A model generated the notes under the pieces. The model was not told the DNA's origin. It worked only from the letters and a program-made list of their open reading frames with translations, and did no database searches. From Alphaproteobacteria bacterium UBA6178 (lineage in GTDB: Bacteria > Pseudomonadota > Alphaproteobacteria > Rickettsiales > UBA3002): a stretch of DNA of 64,000 nt. Position 1 is the stretch's first letter. Each line of letters starts with the position of its first letter. Position numbers and translations under genes: made by a program. This document shows positions 35,179 to 43,630 of this stretch, one piece after another. The DNA lies in contig DITS01000031.1 in assembly GCA_002422205.1 (NCBI GenBank), positions 24,115-88,114 on the forward strand, given 5' to 3'.

Positions 35179-35469
35179 TTGGATAGCAACTGGGAAATCA
35201 AACGATTCAATATACGTGTAGGCTGGGACTCACTCATTGGCTTAATCCCCGGCATCGGGGATACGCTGATGAGCACCGTCTCAGCCTACATTATTTATGA
35301 AGGCCGCAAACTCGGCGTGCCGCGCTGGGTGCATGCCACCATGATTGGCAATGTACTGATAGATTGGGTTATTGGGTTAATTCCGCTGGTGGGCGATCTG
35401 CTCGATATCGGCTGGAAAGCCAACCTCAAGAATGTAGCCCTCATCAAAAAGCACGCTAAAATATTGTAA
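35179..35469 (+). CDS. DUF4112-like membrane protein (true start probably upstream, unresolved)
   Basis: GWDSLIGLIPGIGD ... LIGLIPLVGDLLDIGWKAN is the DUF4112 pattern. The track start is a TTG. The open frame extends back to 35086 and encodes RIARLEKLANALD, which looks conserved, but there is no ATG/GTG/TTG there. Confidence 0.65.
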   Translation: MDSNWEIKRFNIRVGWDSLIGLIPGIGDTLMSTVSAYIIYEGRKLGVPRWVHATMIGNVLIDWVIGLIPLVGDLLDIGWKANLKNVALIKKHAKIL

Positions 35470-35549
35470 TTTTATTATAAAAGCCCTTATCTTAATCAAA
35501 ATGTAATACTTCTATGCTTAGATAGTCCTGAATTCAGAGGATAGTCCAG

Positions 35550-36755
35550 ATGTCAGAGCCAGTTATTACCCGCATAGGCACAGGTAAGCCAGAGGAATTA
35601 CGCAAGCAGCTAACCAATGAAGCTTCAAACTTCTTCACTCAAATAAAACCGCCCATCTCGCCACAAGACCCACTCGTACAAAAATTGCTAAAGCTTGTGG
35701 AGGGCGGCGAGAATGTCTATCCGCATAATTTCAATACCCGCACGCCTGAAGCAATGGGAATCACCCTTGCCGATTTGCGACGTCTGCAATTGGGAGCAGA
35801 ATTTTTATCGTTGATGATAACGGTGCGTGATAGTGGGGGTAATGAGGTGCAGTTGATACCCGGCGAGTTTAATGCGTGGCAAGGCATAGCAACGGGTGGC
35901 ACTGTGCCAGCTGGCCCCAGCCTTCCCATCGATAAATGGGCAGCATCCATCAATGTGGCTATCCAGGATAGTGGGCCTCGTTATGTTGCGGGGGATCAAA
36001 CCTTTCATATTGAAAGCCCAACGGGCTCAAAACGTATTGTCAGGGCAGGCCGAACCGCCACGCGTGAATATGGCGATTTAAGCTATGGCAGTACCGAAAT
36101 CATCGATAATGATAAAGGCTCGCCCACCTATGGGCATCCCGCCAATATGGGCGATGGCGCGCAAGATGTATGGATACCGAAACCAATTTTGGAAGAGCTG
36201 GCAGCAGGAAAACCCTATTATGGCCCGGTCACGATAAAATTGCGCACCGAAGGCACACGCTCCGATCCGCAAATATTCCTCGGTGCCACCTCACGCGAAG
36301 CGATTCTGGCTGAAAGCAAGAACTGGCAGGCGGGCGAAACGCAGGAAATATCTGCACTCGCAGGCGAAAAATTTACTCCACCCATACCATTACAAAAAAG
36401 CCTGATAGACAATCTGAACAACAGTAAGACTGTTTACACACCAATGAATGGGCCGCAATATCAGGCGTGGAAATATGCCTTGAGCGACGATGCAACGCTC
36501 CGCACGATTTCACCACTCGCATGGATCGAAAATCAATTTGGCGATATGAAAAAATTTCAGGATCTATTTCCCGAAAATGGAAACCAGAAACTCACGCGCG
36601 AAGCGTATGAAAGCGTGATGAAAGCTAATAACACTATCGAAAAACTAGCGCCAACTATACTGGAGCAAATTGAGGCTATACCTAAAATTCCTCCCATGCC
36701 TTTAGAGACGGGCGAGCCAAGACCCGAGAGGGAGCGCTCAGAAAGAGCGCGTTAA
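35550..36755 (+). CDS. hypothetical protein (401 aa, no recognised domain, no signal peptide)
   Basis: Long ORF with RBS agagga upstream and a Pro/Glu/Arg-rich C-terminal tail. Confidence 0.6.
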   Translation: MSEPVITRIGTGKPEELRKQLTNEASNFFTQIKPPISPQDPLVQKLLKLVEGGENVYPHNFNTRTPEAMGITLADLRRLQLGAEFLSLMITVRDSGGNEVQLIPGEFNAWQGIATGGTVPAGPSLPIDKWAASINVAIQDSGPRYVAGDQTFHIESPTGSKRIVRAGRTATREYGDLSYGSTEIIDNDKGSPTYGHPANMGDGAQDVWIPKPILEELAAGKPYYGPVTIKLRTEGTRSDPQIFLGATSREAILAESKNWQAGETQEISALAGEKFTPPIPLQKSLIDNLNNSKTVYTPMNGPQYQAWKYALSDDATLRTISPLAWIENQFGDMKKFQDLFPENGNQKLTREAYESVMKANNTIEKLAPTILEQIEAIPKIPPMPLETGEPRPERERSERAR

Positions 36756-36773
36756 CTAAAATATCAACAGCCA

Positions 36774-37397
36774 TCAAGCCCTCGGCAACCGCCATTGGCA
36801 ATAATAAGCGACCATGCGCAAAATCAGCCCAGCAACAAACACGCCAATCAAAGTTGCAGCATTGAGCTGCGCTTGCATATTTAATAAATAAACCGCGAGC
36901 GCAACGAGCAGGGCGATGCTGCCATAAAAGCCGCTATGCAGGACTTCAGGGATATTATTAACCAATACATCACGCAATATCGCGCCGCCGGTTGCGGTTA
37001 AAAAAGCCAGAGTCATAAACCCAAAAAACGGCGCATTAATGGTCAGCGCCACCAAAGCGCCGGTAATAGCAAAGGCCACTAGCCCCACCGCATCACAAAC
37101 AATAAAAACCCAGCGGCTCTCCACCGAGGGATGATGCCTTAATTTGAGCAAACTACCCAGTATAGTAACCCCGAAGGCAATCAGAAATGGCTCATTGCTT
37201 AGCAAAATGACCGGGGGCCTATCAGCCAGCACATCCCTTAGAATCCCACCGCCATTAGCGGTTAAAAACGACAGGATAAAAAGCCCCATCCAGTCCAGAT
37301 TCTTCTTCGTACCAATCAGAAATCCGGACAATGCAAATGCAATGCCTCCCGTTAAAGAAGCGAAATACATTGCCTGCGATTGAACCAGCTCTTCCAT
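36774..37397 (-). CDS. TRIC/UPF0126 family cation channel protein
   Basis: 207 aa with two repeats carrying GGGILRDVL and GGAILRDVL. Confidence 0.85.
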   Translation of the reverse strand: MEELVQSQAMYFASLTGGIAFALSGFLIGTKKNLDWMGLFILSFLTANGGGILRDVLADRPPVILLSNEPFLIAFGVTILGSLLKLRHHPSVESRWVFIVCDAVGLVAFAITGALVALTINAPFFGFMTLAFLTATGGAILRDVLVNNIPEVLHSGFYGSIALLVALAVYLLNMQAQLNAATLIGVFVAGLILRMVAYYCQWRLPRA

Positions 37398-37608
37398 TTC
37401 TCCATTCCTTCAAGCCCCAACCATGAACCATGCCGTGCGACCTGTCACCATCAAAAACTAAGGGATTTAAGGTGAACAGCGCCGTCTGCATTAAAAATAT
37501 TTAATGTAGGATTAATAAACTGGTACCCACGAGTGGTGTATAGTTGAAAGCTCGAGATGTGCCATCCGGCCCATCCAAAAAATAAAAAAGTTACGCACAG
37601 GAGCAGGA

Positions 37609-39299
37609 ATGTTTTTCCATAAATCAAACCCCCAAAAAGCAGAGCTGGATGCACTTAGCCGCTCTCAGGCTGTCATTCATTTTACACCCGATGGCGTCAT
37701 ACAGGATGCGAATGAAAATTTTCTCGCTGCCATGGGCTACACGCTCGAAGAAATCAAAGGGAAGCATCACAGTATTTTTTGTGATCCTGCCTATGTGCAA
37801 AGCAGCGAATATAAAGATTTCTGGCACAAATTAGCAAAAGGCGCGTTTTTAGCTGCGCAGTTTAAGCGTTGTGGCAAGGGTGGCAATGAAATCTGGATTG
37901 AGGCATCCTATAATCCCATCCTTGATGAGTCGGGCAACGTAATGGGCGTGGTTAAATATGCCACCGACATCACCAATCAAAAGCTGCAATTCGCCAATTA
38001 TGAAGGTCAGCTGATAGCCATCAGCCGCGCACAAGCCGTCATCGAATTTAACATGGACGGCACCATCATCACCGCCAATAACAATTTCCTCAGCGCAATG
38101 GGCTACACGCTGGAAGAAATACAAGGTAAGCACCACAGCATATTTGCCGATGCAACCTATGCCCAAAGTGATGAATACCGAAAATTTTGGGAGCGTCTGA
38201 ACAAGGGCGAATATTTTGCGTCGGAATATCAGCGCTTTGGTAAAGGCGGCAATGAGGTGTGGATTCAGGCCTCGTATAATCCCATCATGGATATGGATGG
38301 GCGCCCCTTCAAAGTGGTCAAATACGCCACCGACATCACCCAACAAAAAATGGCATCCGCCGAAGCCAAAGGCCAGCTGGACGCCATCAGCAAATCACAA
38401 GCGGTGATAGAATTCAGACTGGATGGCACAATCATAACGGCAAACGAGAATTTCCTCAGCGCAATGGGTTACACGCTGGACGAGATCAAAGGGCAACCCC
38501 ACAGTATTTTGTCGATCCGGTAGAAGCCATCTCACCCGAATACGCTGCTTTCTGGCAGAAACTGGGACGAGGCGAGTTTGATTCCCGCGTCTATAAACGC
38601 GTAGGCAAAGGGGGCAAGCAAGTGTGGATTCAGGCATCCTACAACCCTATCTTTGATGCGAATGGACGCCCCTTCAAAGTGGTCAAATACGCCACTGAAG
38701 TAACACAAGTCATACAAACAGGGAAAATCGCCGAAGAAACGGTATATCAGACCCAAAGTGTTGCCGCCGCTGTGGAGGAACTGTCCGCATCTATCGGCGA
38801 AATTGCCAAAAATATGCAGCTGTCCAAAGAGGCCGCTCTGGAAATTATGCAAGATGCCACCCAATCCAGCGCCGCAGCCGAACAGCTAACTGCCAGCATG
38901 AATATGATGCAAAATATCGTTCAACTCATTAATGACATTGCCGGTCAGGTTAACCTGCTGGCCCTAAATGCCACTATCGAAGCCGCCCGAGCAGGTGATG
39001 CAGGCAAAGGCTTCGCCGTAGTGGCGGCAGAGGTGAAAAACCTCGCCACCCAAACCACCAAAGCGACAGAGGACATCGCAAAACAAATTGATGAAGTACA
39101 GAATGTTGCCATGAATGTGGCGCATAACGTCAAAGCCATCTCCGATTCGGCGACCAAGGTGAATGAATATGTAACCGGCGTAGCCAGTGCTGTAGAAGAG
39201 CAAAGCGCCGTTACCAAGGAAATCTCCCACAGTACCCAAAAAATGGCCGGCTCCGTAGACGACATCGCCGAGCGCATCAAACAACTCTCAGCAGTCTAA
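37609..39299 (+). pseudogene. soluble methyl-accepting chemotaxis protein with three tandem PAS domains, interrupted by a frameshift at a T-run (38507-38510)
   Basis: ORFs 37609..38523 and 38622..39299 (frame open from 38511) are one gene. PAS unit 3 reads KGQPHSIL-stop in frame, but continues as [23 protein letters not shown]... one nucleotide out of frame, parallel to units 1 and 2. The C-terminus has the MCP signalling domain [31 protein letters not shown]. No TM segments. Confidence 0.8.
37645..38740 (+). repeat. three tandem ~366-bp repeat units (PAS-domain duplications)
   Basis: The units start at LDALSRSQAVIHF, LIAISRAQAVIEF and [13 protein letters not shown], 122 codons apart, with long identical DNA stretches such as aatttcctcagcgcaatggg(c/t)tacacgctgga. 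Confidence 0.85.
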
Positions 39300-39414
39300 G
39301 CTAAATCGCGCATGAATAAGTCCTGCAGTAAAGATGTAACGAAACATTAACTTTTGTGACCTAATATAAAGGCTTATATTATTAAGTTGATTGACAGCTA
39401 AAGAGGATGGCAAT

Positions 39415-39960
39415 ATGGCAGATGACAAAAGAACTGACGCACAAATAGACGCTATTTTAGCGAAAGACCCGGTCAATCCTCTCACCACCGATTCTGGCGG
39501 GCTGGAAGCCCCACAATACACCGCTACAGATTTCATAAATGGTGATTATAAAGCACCCAAAGCGGTATGGGACGCAGCAATGAAAGTTGCAGGCGAGGCT
39601 CTGCAAAGCTTCAAAAACGCTGGTATAGACCCAGAAAAAGTGTCCTATTTGAAAGATGCTGCAAAACTGGATGGAAAAGCTGGTATCACTCAACAGGAAC
39701 TAGCATCACAATTATTGGCCATCAGCATGGCCAATAATACCACTACCGGTATGAGAGGGACTGTTACAGCATTTGACAATGAAATATCCGAACGCGATAT
39801 CAGAAAAGCGCTTGAAAACCCCAAACACCTCGCCGCATTGGCAAAACAAGTATTTGGCGATAACAACCCCAACCTAAGCCCTACCGACACGACAACGCCG
39901 CAAGGTAATGCCGCTGACTTACCCAATATTATTGATGGCGGTAGTAGAGTGAGATGCTAA
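39415..39960 (+). CDS. hypothetical protein (181 aa)
   Basis: ATG at 39415 with RBS aagagga (the track start at 39391 is a TTG). No motif recognised. Confidence 0.5.
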   Translation: MADDKRTDAQIDAILAKDPVNPLTTDSGGLEAPQYTATDFINGDYKAPKAVWDAAMKVAGEALQSFKNAGIDPEKVSYLKDAAKLDGKAGITQQELASQLLAISMANNTTTGMRGTVTAFDNEISERDIRKALENPKHLAALAKQVFGDNNPNLSPTDTTTPQGNAADLPNIIDGGSRVRC

Positions 39961-39972
39961 GGCGAGCCTATA

Positions 39973-40260
39973 ATGAGATTAACGAGCACAGAATTCGCTT
40001 ACTGGCTACAAGGCTCTATAGAAATTGGTGAACTCAATACATTCACCGAAGATCAAATCGCTGTCATAAAACAAAAATTAGAAGAAGTAGAGCGGGACAA
40101 CGCCTTCACTTTTATGCTGAAAGTCTTGTTGGACAGATTAAAATATAATCAAGTCTTCGACACGATTAATACAGAACTGCAAAGCATGTTCATCCACGAT
40201 ATCGACCCCTCCTATGAAGGCGACCAAGCACAATTCAATAAAATCCATGCCGGTGAATGA
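39973..40260 (+). CDS. hypothetical protein (95 aa)
   Basis: ORF. The N-terminal pattern FAYWLQGSIEI...IAVIKQKLEEV weakly resembles the next ORF. Confidence 0.45.
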   Translation: MRLTSTEFAYWLQGSIEIGELNTFTEDQIAVIKQKLEEVERDNAFTFMLKVLLDRLKYNQVFDTINTELQSMFIHDIDPSYEGDQAQFNKIHAGE

Positions 40261-40543
40261 GATGAAAAATTTTGAATTTATAATATGGGCACACGGGTAT
40301 CTCGAGCTTTGCCCGACAATACCCTTGGACAGGAAAAAACTATACATCCTCAAAAATCATTTAAACCTAGTAAAAGCAGTAGAGGGTGAACTAGGACCCC
40401 TCAATCAAGAGATATATGTACTGATATCAGACCACATCGATAAAGCTGTAACCCAGCACCAACTAGCAACGCTCAAAAGCAAACTATCAGAAATGATAAA
40501 TGAGCTGGTCAAAGAAGAAACAGAATCCAGAAACGCCGGGTAG
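40247..40543 (+). CDS. hypothetical protein (98 aa), weak paralogue of 39973..40260
   Basis: The start at ATG 40247 overlaps the upstream stop (ATG 40262 is an alternative). FIIWAHGYLEL...LYILKNHLNLV parallels the preceding protein. Confidence 0.45.
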   Translation: MPVNEMKNFEFIIWAHGYLELCPTIPLDRKKLYILKNHLNLVKAVEGELGPLNQEIYVLISDHIDKAVTQHQLATLKSKLSEMINELVKEETESRNAG

Positions 40544-40739
40544 TTCTGGCAAATAGTGCTCTCGGGAGGAGTGGATTCAAATTATTCGCACAAACTTCTC
40601 AGGGTAATTCAAGCATCCAACAAATTATTCGAGTCCGTCATAGGCGTCATATATAATTATGCTTTAAATTTTACATTTCAATAATTCCTGTTACTGTGAA
40701 AAATGATAATTAAATCAATGAATAATAGGAAAAAATTAT

Positions 40740-41081
40740 ATGAAAATATTCAAGCTTCGGTTAGCCCCACTTCTGGCTGTTCTTGCCTTAGCTGCATGCA
40801 GCAGCTCAGAACCCCAAACCTTTGGCGAGCGCCTGAGTAATCGTGGTAACAATGTGCAAAATTTAGGAAATCAGTGGTCTGAAGGCAATGATCTGATAAC
40901 CAAAGGACAAAAACTGGTGGAAGATGGTTATGAAGAAGCCAATCAGGCGCAAGTAGAATTAAACGAGGCTCACGCAAAAATTAGCGAAGGGCAAGCGATG
41001 ATTACAAACGGCAGCAACATGAAAATGAATTCCGAAGCGGTTTATCAACAAAATTATCATAGCCCCTTAATTATGCAGTAG
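40740..41081 (+). CDS. lipoprotein (113 aa)
   Basis: Signal peptide with lipobox LALAAC|SS. Confidence 0.65.
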   Translation: MKIFKLRLAPLLAVLALAACSSSEPQTFGERLSNRGNNVQNLGNQWSEGNDLITKGQKLVEDGYEEANQAQVELNEAHAKISEGQAMITNGSNMKMNSEAVYQQNYHSPLIMQ

Positions 41082-41083
41082 AA

Positions 41084-41107
41084 TGGTGGGCGGTAGTGGA
41101 CGAACTT
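41084..41107 (-). repeat. degenerate copy of the tRNA-Val 3' end (distal att-like site)
   Basis: tggtgggcggtagtggacgaactt compared with the tRNA-Val 3' end tggtgggcggtagaagactcgaactt at 42434-42459. The first 13 nt and the last 6 nt are identical. Confidence 0.6.
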
Positions 41108-41187
41108 AGAAAAGAAATTTTAGCAAGTTAGGGACTTCCGCGTTGCCACATTCGCCCTCATGATGATGCAAATTGTCATGAGGCATT

Positions 41188-42039
41188 ATGAACATTACCC
41201 AGTCCCCCGCCTATCAAAAAGCATTCGTTCAATATCTACGTCGTGGCACGTCAGTTGAGGCTACGTTAAAACAAATTGCAAAGAACAAGCTAAGTTTCAA
41301 AAAACTCGGTAACAGTTCGCACTATATTTGGTATTCGCAGGAAGATGGAAAGGTAAGACCCGCCCATGCCGCCAACCATGGTAAAATGTTTGGTTGGAAT
41401 AGTCCGCCACCTACCAGTCACCCCGGTGAGGATTTTAATTGTCGCTGTTGGGCAATGCCAATTGGCGATAATCAATATGCGCATCAGTTATTAATTACAT
41501 CAATTAATGATAACTCAGATAGATGGAATACGTCGGATTTCGTGCGTCATTATCTTGGCCGTAGCGGTAGAGATGTGTCTCTATCTGAAGTGGGCGCACT
41601 AGGAGCAGTCATTGAGCATTATGCCACACAAGCAACAGCAAGAGATGGTACAATCGGAGTCTATGAAGCCGTAGAAAAACAAATAATGCAGAAGGCAAAA
41701 GAGTCCGGTGCTGGTAGCATCACTTACTTTTTTGAAGGTAATTACAACTTTCAGCATCAGGTGACTTTTAGTCTTGGAGATTCAGTTGTTTCGGGGCTAT
41801 TTATTGGGGATGTAAGACAAGTGGGGGAGTATCTGATTGTTGCTGGTATAGTGACATATGATTTTAGAGATGCATTCCGTGATCCCACAAGTCGAGTAGA
41901 ACGTCTGATGGAGGCAGAAGGCATCAGCAGACAAGAGGCAGAGAATCGTGTGGGAGCCTCCGGTGATTATTTAGGAGTTCCATACGCAGTTACGGATAGA
42001 TGGCAAACAAAATTCAATGGCACAGTTGTAATACGATGA
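41188..42039 (+). CDS. protein with phage MuF/SPP1-gp7 head-morphogenesis core motif and unknown ~180-aa C-terminal domain (candidate polymorphic toxin)
   Basis: 283 aa. YIWYSQEDGKVRPAHAANHGKMFGWNSPPPTSHPGEDFNCRCWAMPI matches the conserved MuF core (D..VRP.H..l.G..f......hPg...nCRC). The C-terminal part is not recognised. Confidence 0.6.
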   Translation: MNITQSPAYQKAFVQYLRRGTSVEATLKQIAKNKLSFKKLGNSSHYIWYSQEDGKVRPAHAANHGKMFGWNSPPPTSHPGEDFNCRCWAMPIGDNQYAHQLLITSINDNSDRWNTSDFVRHYLGRSGRDVSLSEVGALGAVIEHYATQATARDGTIGVYEAVEKQIMQKAKESGAGSITYFFEGNYNFQHQVTFSLGDSVVSGLFIGDVRQVGEYLIVAGIVTYDFRDAFRDPTSRVERLMEAEGISRQEAENRVGASGDYLGVPYAVTDRWQTKFNGTVVIR

Positions 42040-42233
42040 TAAGATTATTTGCGCGAAAATTATTGCGAATAATATTGGTGCTATACGCAATATGCTCGGT
42101 TGCGTTTTTTACGCTTTGGTTAAGCCGTTATTATAACAAGGAGCTCTATATTCTAAGCTGGGTATCGGCTATGTCGGCAGGGCAAGCGATTACTGATACT
42201 AAAATGCTCTGTAGCGAGGCGAATCGTGAATAA
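42036..42233 (+). CDS. small TM protein (65 aa), candidate immunity protein
   Basis: The ATG overlaps the MuF-gene stop (ATGA). MIRLFARKLLRIILVLYAICSVAFFTLWLS contains one TM helix. Confidence 0.45.
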   Translation: MIRLFARKLLRIILVLYAICSVAFFTLWLSRYYNKELYILSWVSAMSAGQAITDTKMLCSEANRE

Positions 42234-42234
42234 A

Positions 42235-42399
42235 ATGGCGCGCCAGTCAGTTATAAAAGTCTTCCGTGTCATAATGTACGGCTATGTCTTATTGGCCATG
42301 ATGGTCACGGGCTTTTTTATTATCTCCGCACTTCGCTATCCCTCAACCCAAAGGCTATTGCAGGATACATACTATATTCTCTTTAATTGCAGCTTGTAA
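42235..42399 (+). CDS. small TM protein (54 aa)
   Basis: Manual ORF MARQSVIKVFRVIMYGYVLLAMMVTGFFIISALRYP..., starting 2 nt after the previous stop (an alternative GTG at 42226 exists). Confidence 0.4.
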   Translation: MARQSVIKVFRVIMYGYVLLAMMVTGFFIISALRYPSTQRLLQDTYYILFNCSL

Positions 42400-42433
42400 T
42401 ATGATTTTTGATTATTTATCAAATTCTTAATTC

Positions 42434-42510
42434 TGGTGGGCGGTAGAAGACTCGAACTTCCGACCTCCACGATGTCAACGTGGCGCTCTAACCAACTGAG
42501 CTAACCGCCC
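42434..42510 (-). tRNA. tRNA-Val (anticodon GAC)
   Basis: Reverse complement GGGCGGTTAGCTCAGTTGGTTAGAGCGCCACGTTGACATCGTGGAGGTCGGAAGTTCGAGTCTTCTACCGCCCACCA folds as a cloverleaf with anticodon loop TTGACAT. Confidence 0.92.
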
Positions 42511-42638
42511 TCACCAAAAATGCCGCGCTGCTCAAAGTGGCGGTGTTTACCACTTAATCGCCGCGTGGCTGGCTATTGAGCACCGCCCAATGCGTCCGTA
42601 CCATACGAATTTTTATGGCTTTGTATAGTGCAAATTGC

Positions 42639-43601
42639 CTAGGCCGCTGGTGCTTCGTCACGCAAAATGCGCGGAATATTAAAACGGATGGTTTCCACTA
42701 CCCCGTCAAACGGCTCCACATGCACGCGGCGCAGCGTTTTCAGATACGCAATCACGCGCGTAACCAGCAGCTCGGGTGCCGATGCGCCCGCCGTAATCCC
42801 CACGCGCGTTACGCCATCCAGCCAACAGGGGGTAATATCGGTGGCATCATTAATCAGATACGCCTTGATGCCCATTTCCTCGCCCAAATCACGCAGGCGA
42901 TTGGAGTTGGAGCTATTAGCCGCTCCCACCACCAGTAACAAATCGATGTGCGGCGCGAGGGCGCGCACGGCATTCTGCCGATTCTGCGTGGCATAGCAGA
43001 TATCCTTAATATCCGGCCCTTCAATGGCGGGAAAGCGCGCTTTGAGCGCCTCGATAATGCCACGCGTATCATCCACGCTCAATGTCGTTTGCGTGACATA
43101 AGCGAGTTTGTCCGGCGTGCGCACCTGCAACTGTGCCACATCCTCTACGCTTGATACTAAATACACCTGCTGCACGCGCCCGCTGGTGCCTTCCACTTCG
43201 GGGTGGCCCGCATGGCCGATCAATATAATCTCATGCCCGCCCGCCTCATAGCGAATCGCCTGCTTATGCACCTTGGTCACCAACGGGCAGGTCGCATCAA
43301 TCACCGGCAAATCGCGCAGCTTGGCACTATTTTGCACCTTTTGTGAAATGCCATGCGCCGAAAAAATCGTAACGCCGCCATCGGGAATTTCATCGACTTC
43401 TTTAACGAAAATTACGCCCTTGGCCTTTAAATCATCCACCACCCATTTATTATGCACAATCTCGTGGCGCACATAAATCGGCGCGCCATATTTGGTGAGC
43501 GCTTTCTCGCAGATATCAATCGCACGCTCGACACCGGCGCAAAATCCGCGCGGCTGAGCAAGCAAAACCGTAAGTGGGGCAGGGTAATCCATAGACCTCA
43601 T
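42639..43601 (-). CDS. ispH: 4-hydroxy-3-methylbut-2-enyl diphosphate reductase
   Basis: 320 aa. [22 protein letters not shown] and [10 protein letters not shown] are typical LytB/IspH motifs. Confidence 0.93.
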   Translation of the reverse strand: MRSMDYPAPLTVLLAQPRGFCAGVERAIDICEKALTKYGAPIYVRHEIVHNKWVVDDLKAKGVIFVKEVDEIPDGGVTIFSAHGISQKVQNSAKLRDLPVIDATCPLVTKVHKQAIRYEAGGHEIILIGHAGHPEVEGTSGRVQQVYLVSSVEDVAQLQVRTPDKLAYVTQTTLSVDDTRGIIEALKARFPAIEGPDIKDICYATQNRQNAVRALAPHIDLLLVVGAANSSNSNRLRDLGEEMGIKAYLINDATDITPCWLDGVTRVGITAGASAPELLVTRVIAYLKTLRRVHVEPFDGVVETIRFNIPRILRDEAPAA

Positions 43602-43630
43602 CTAGTCCGAAAAGCCAGTAAATGCAACCG

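Noticed and set aside
37645-38740. Regular ~366-bp repeats, checked as a possible CRISPR-like or satellite array
   Set aside because: The period equals one PAS domain and the repeats are in-frame coding duplications. There are no short-repeat and unique-spacer units anywhere in the window.
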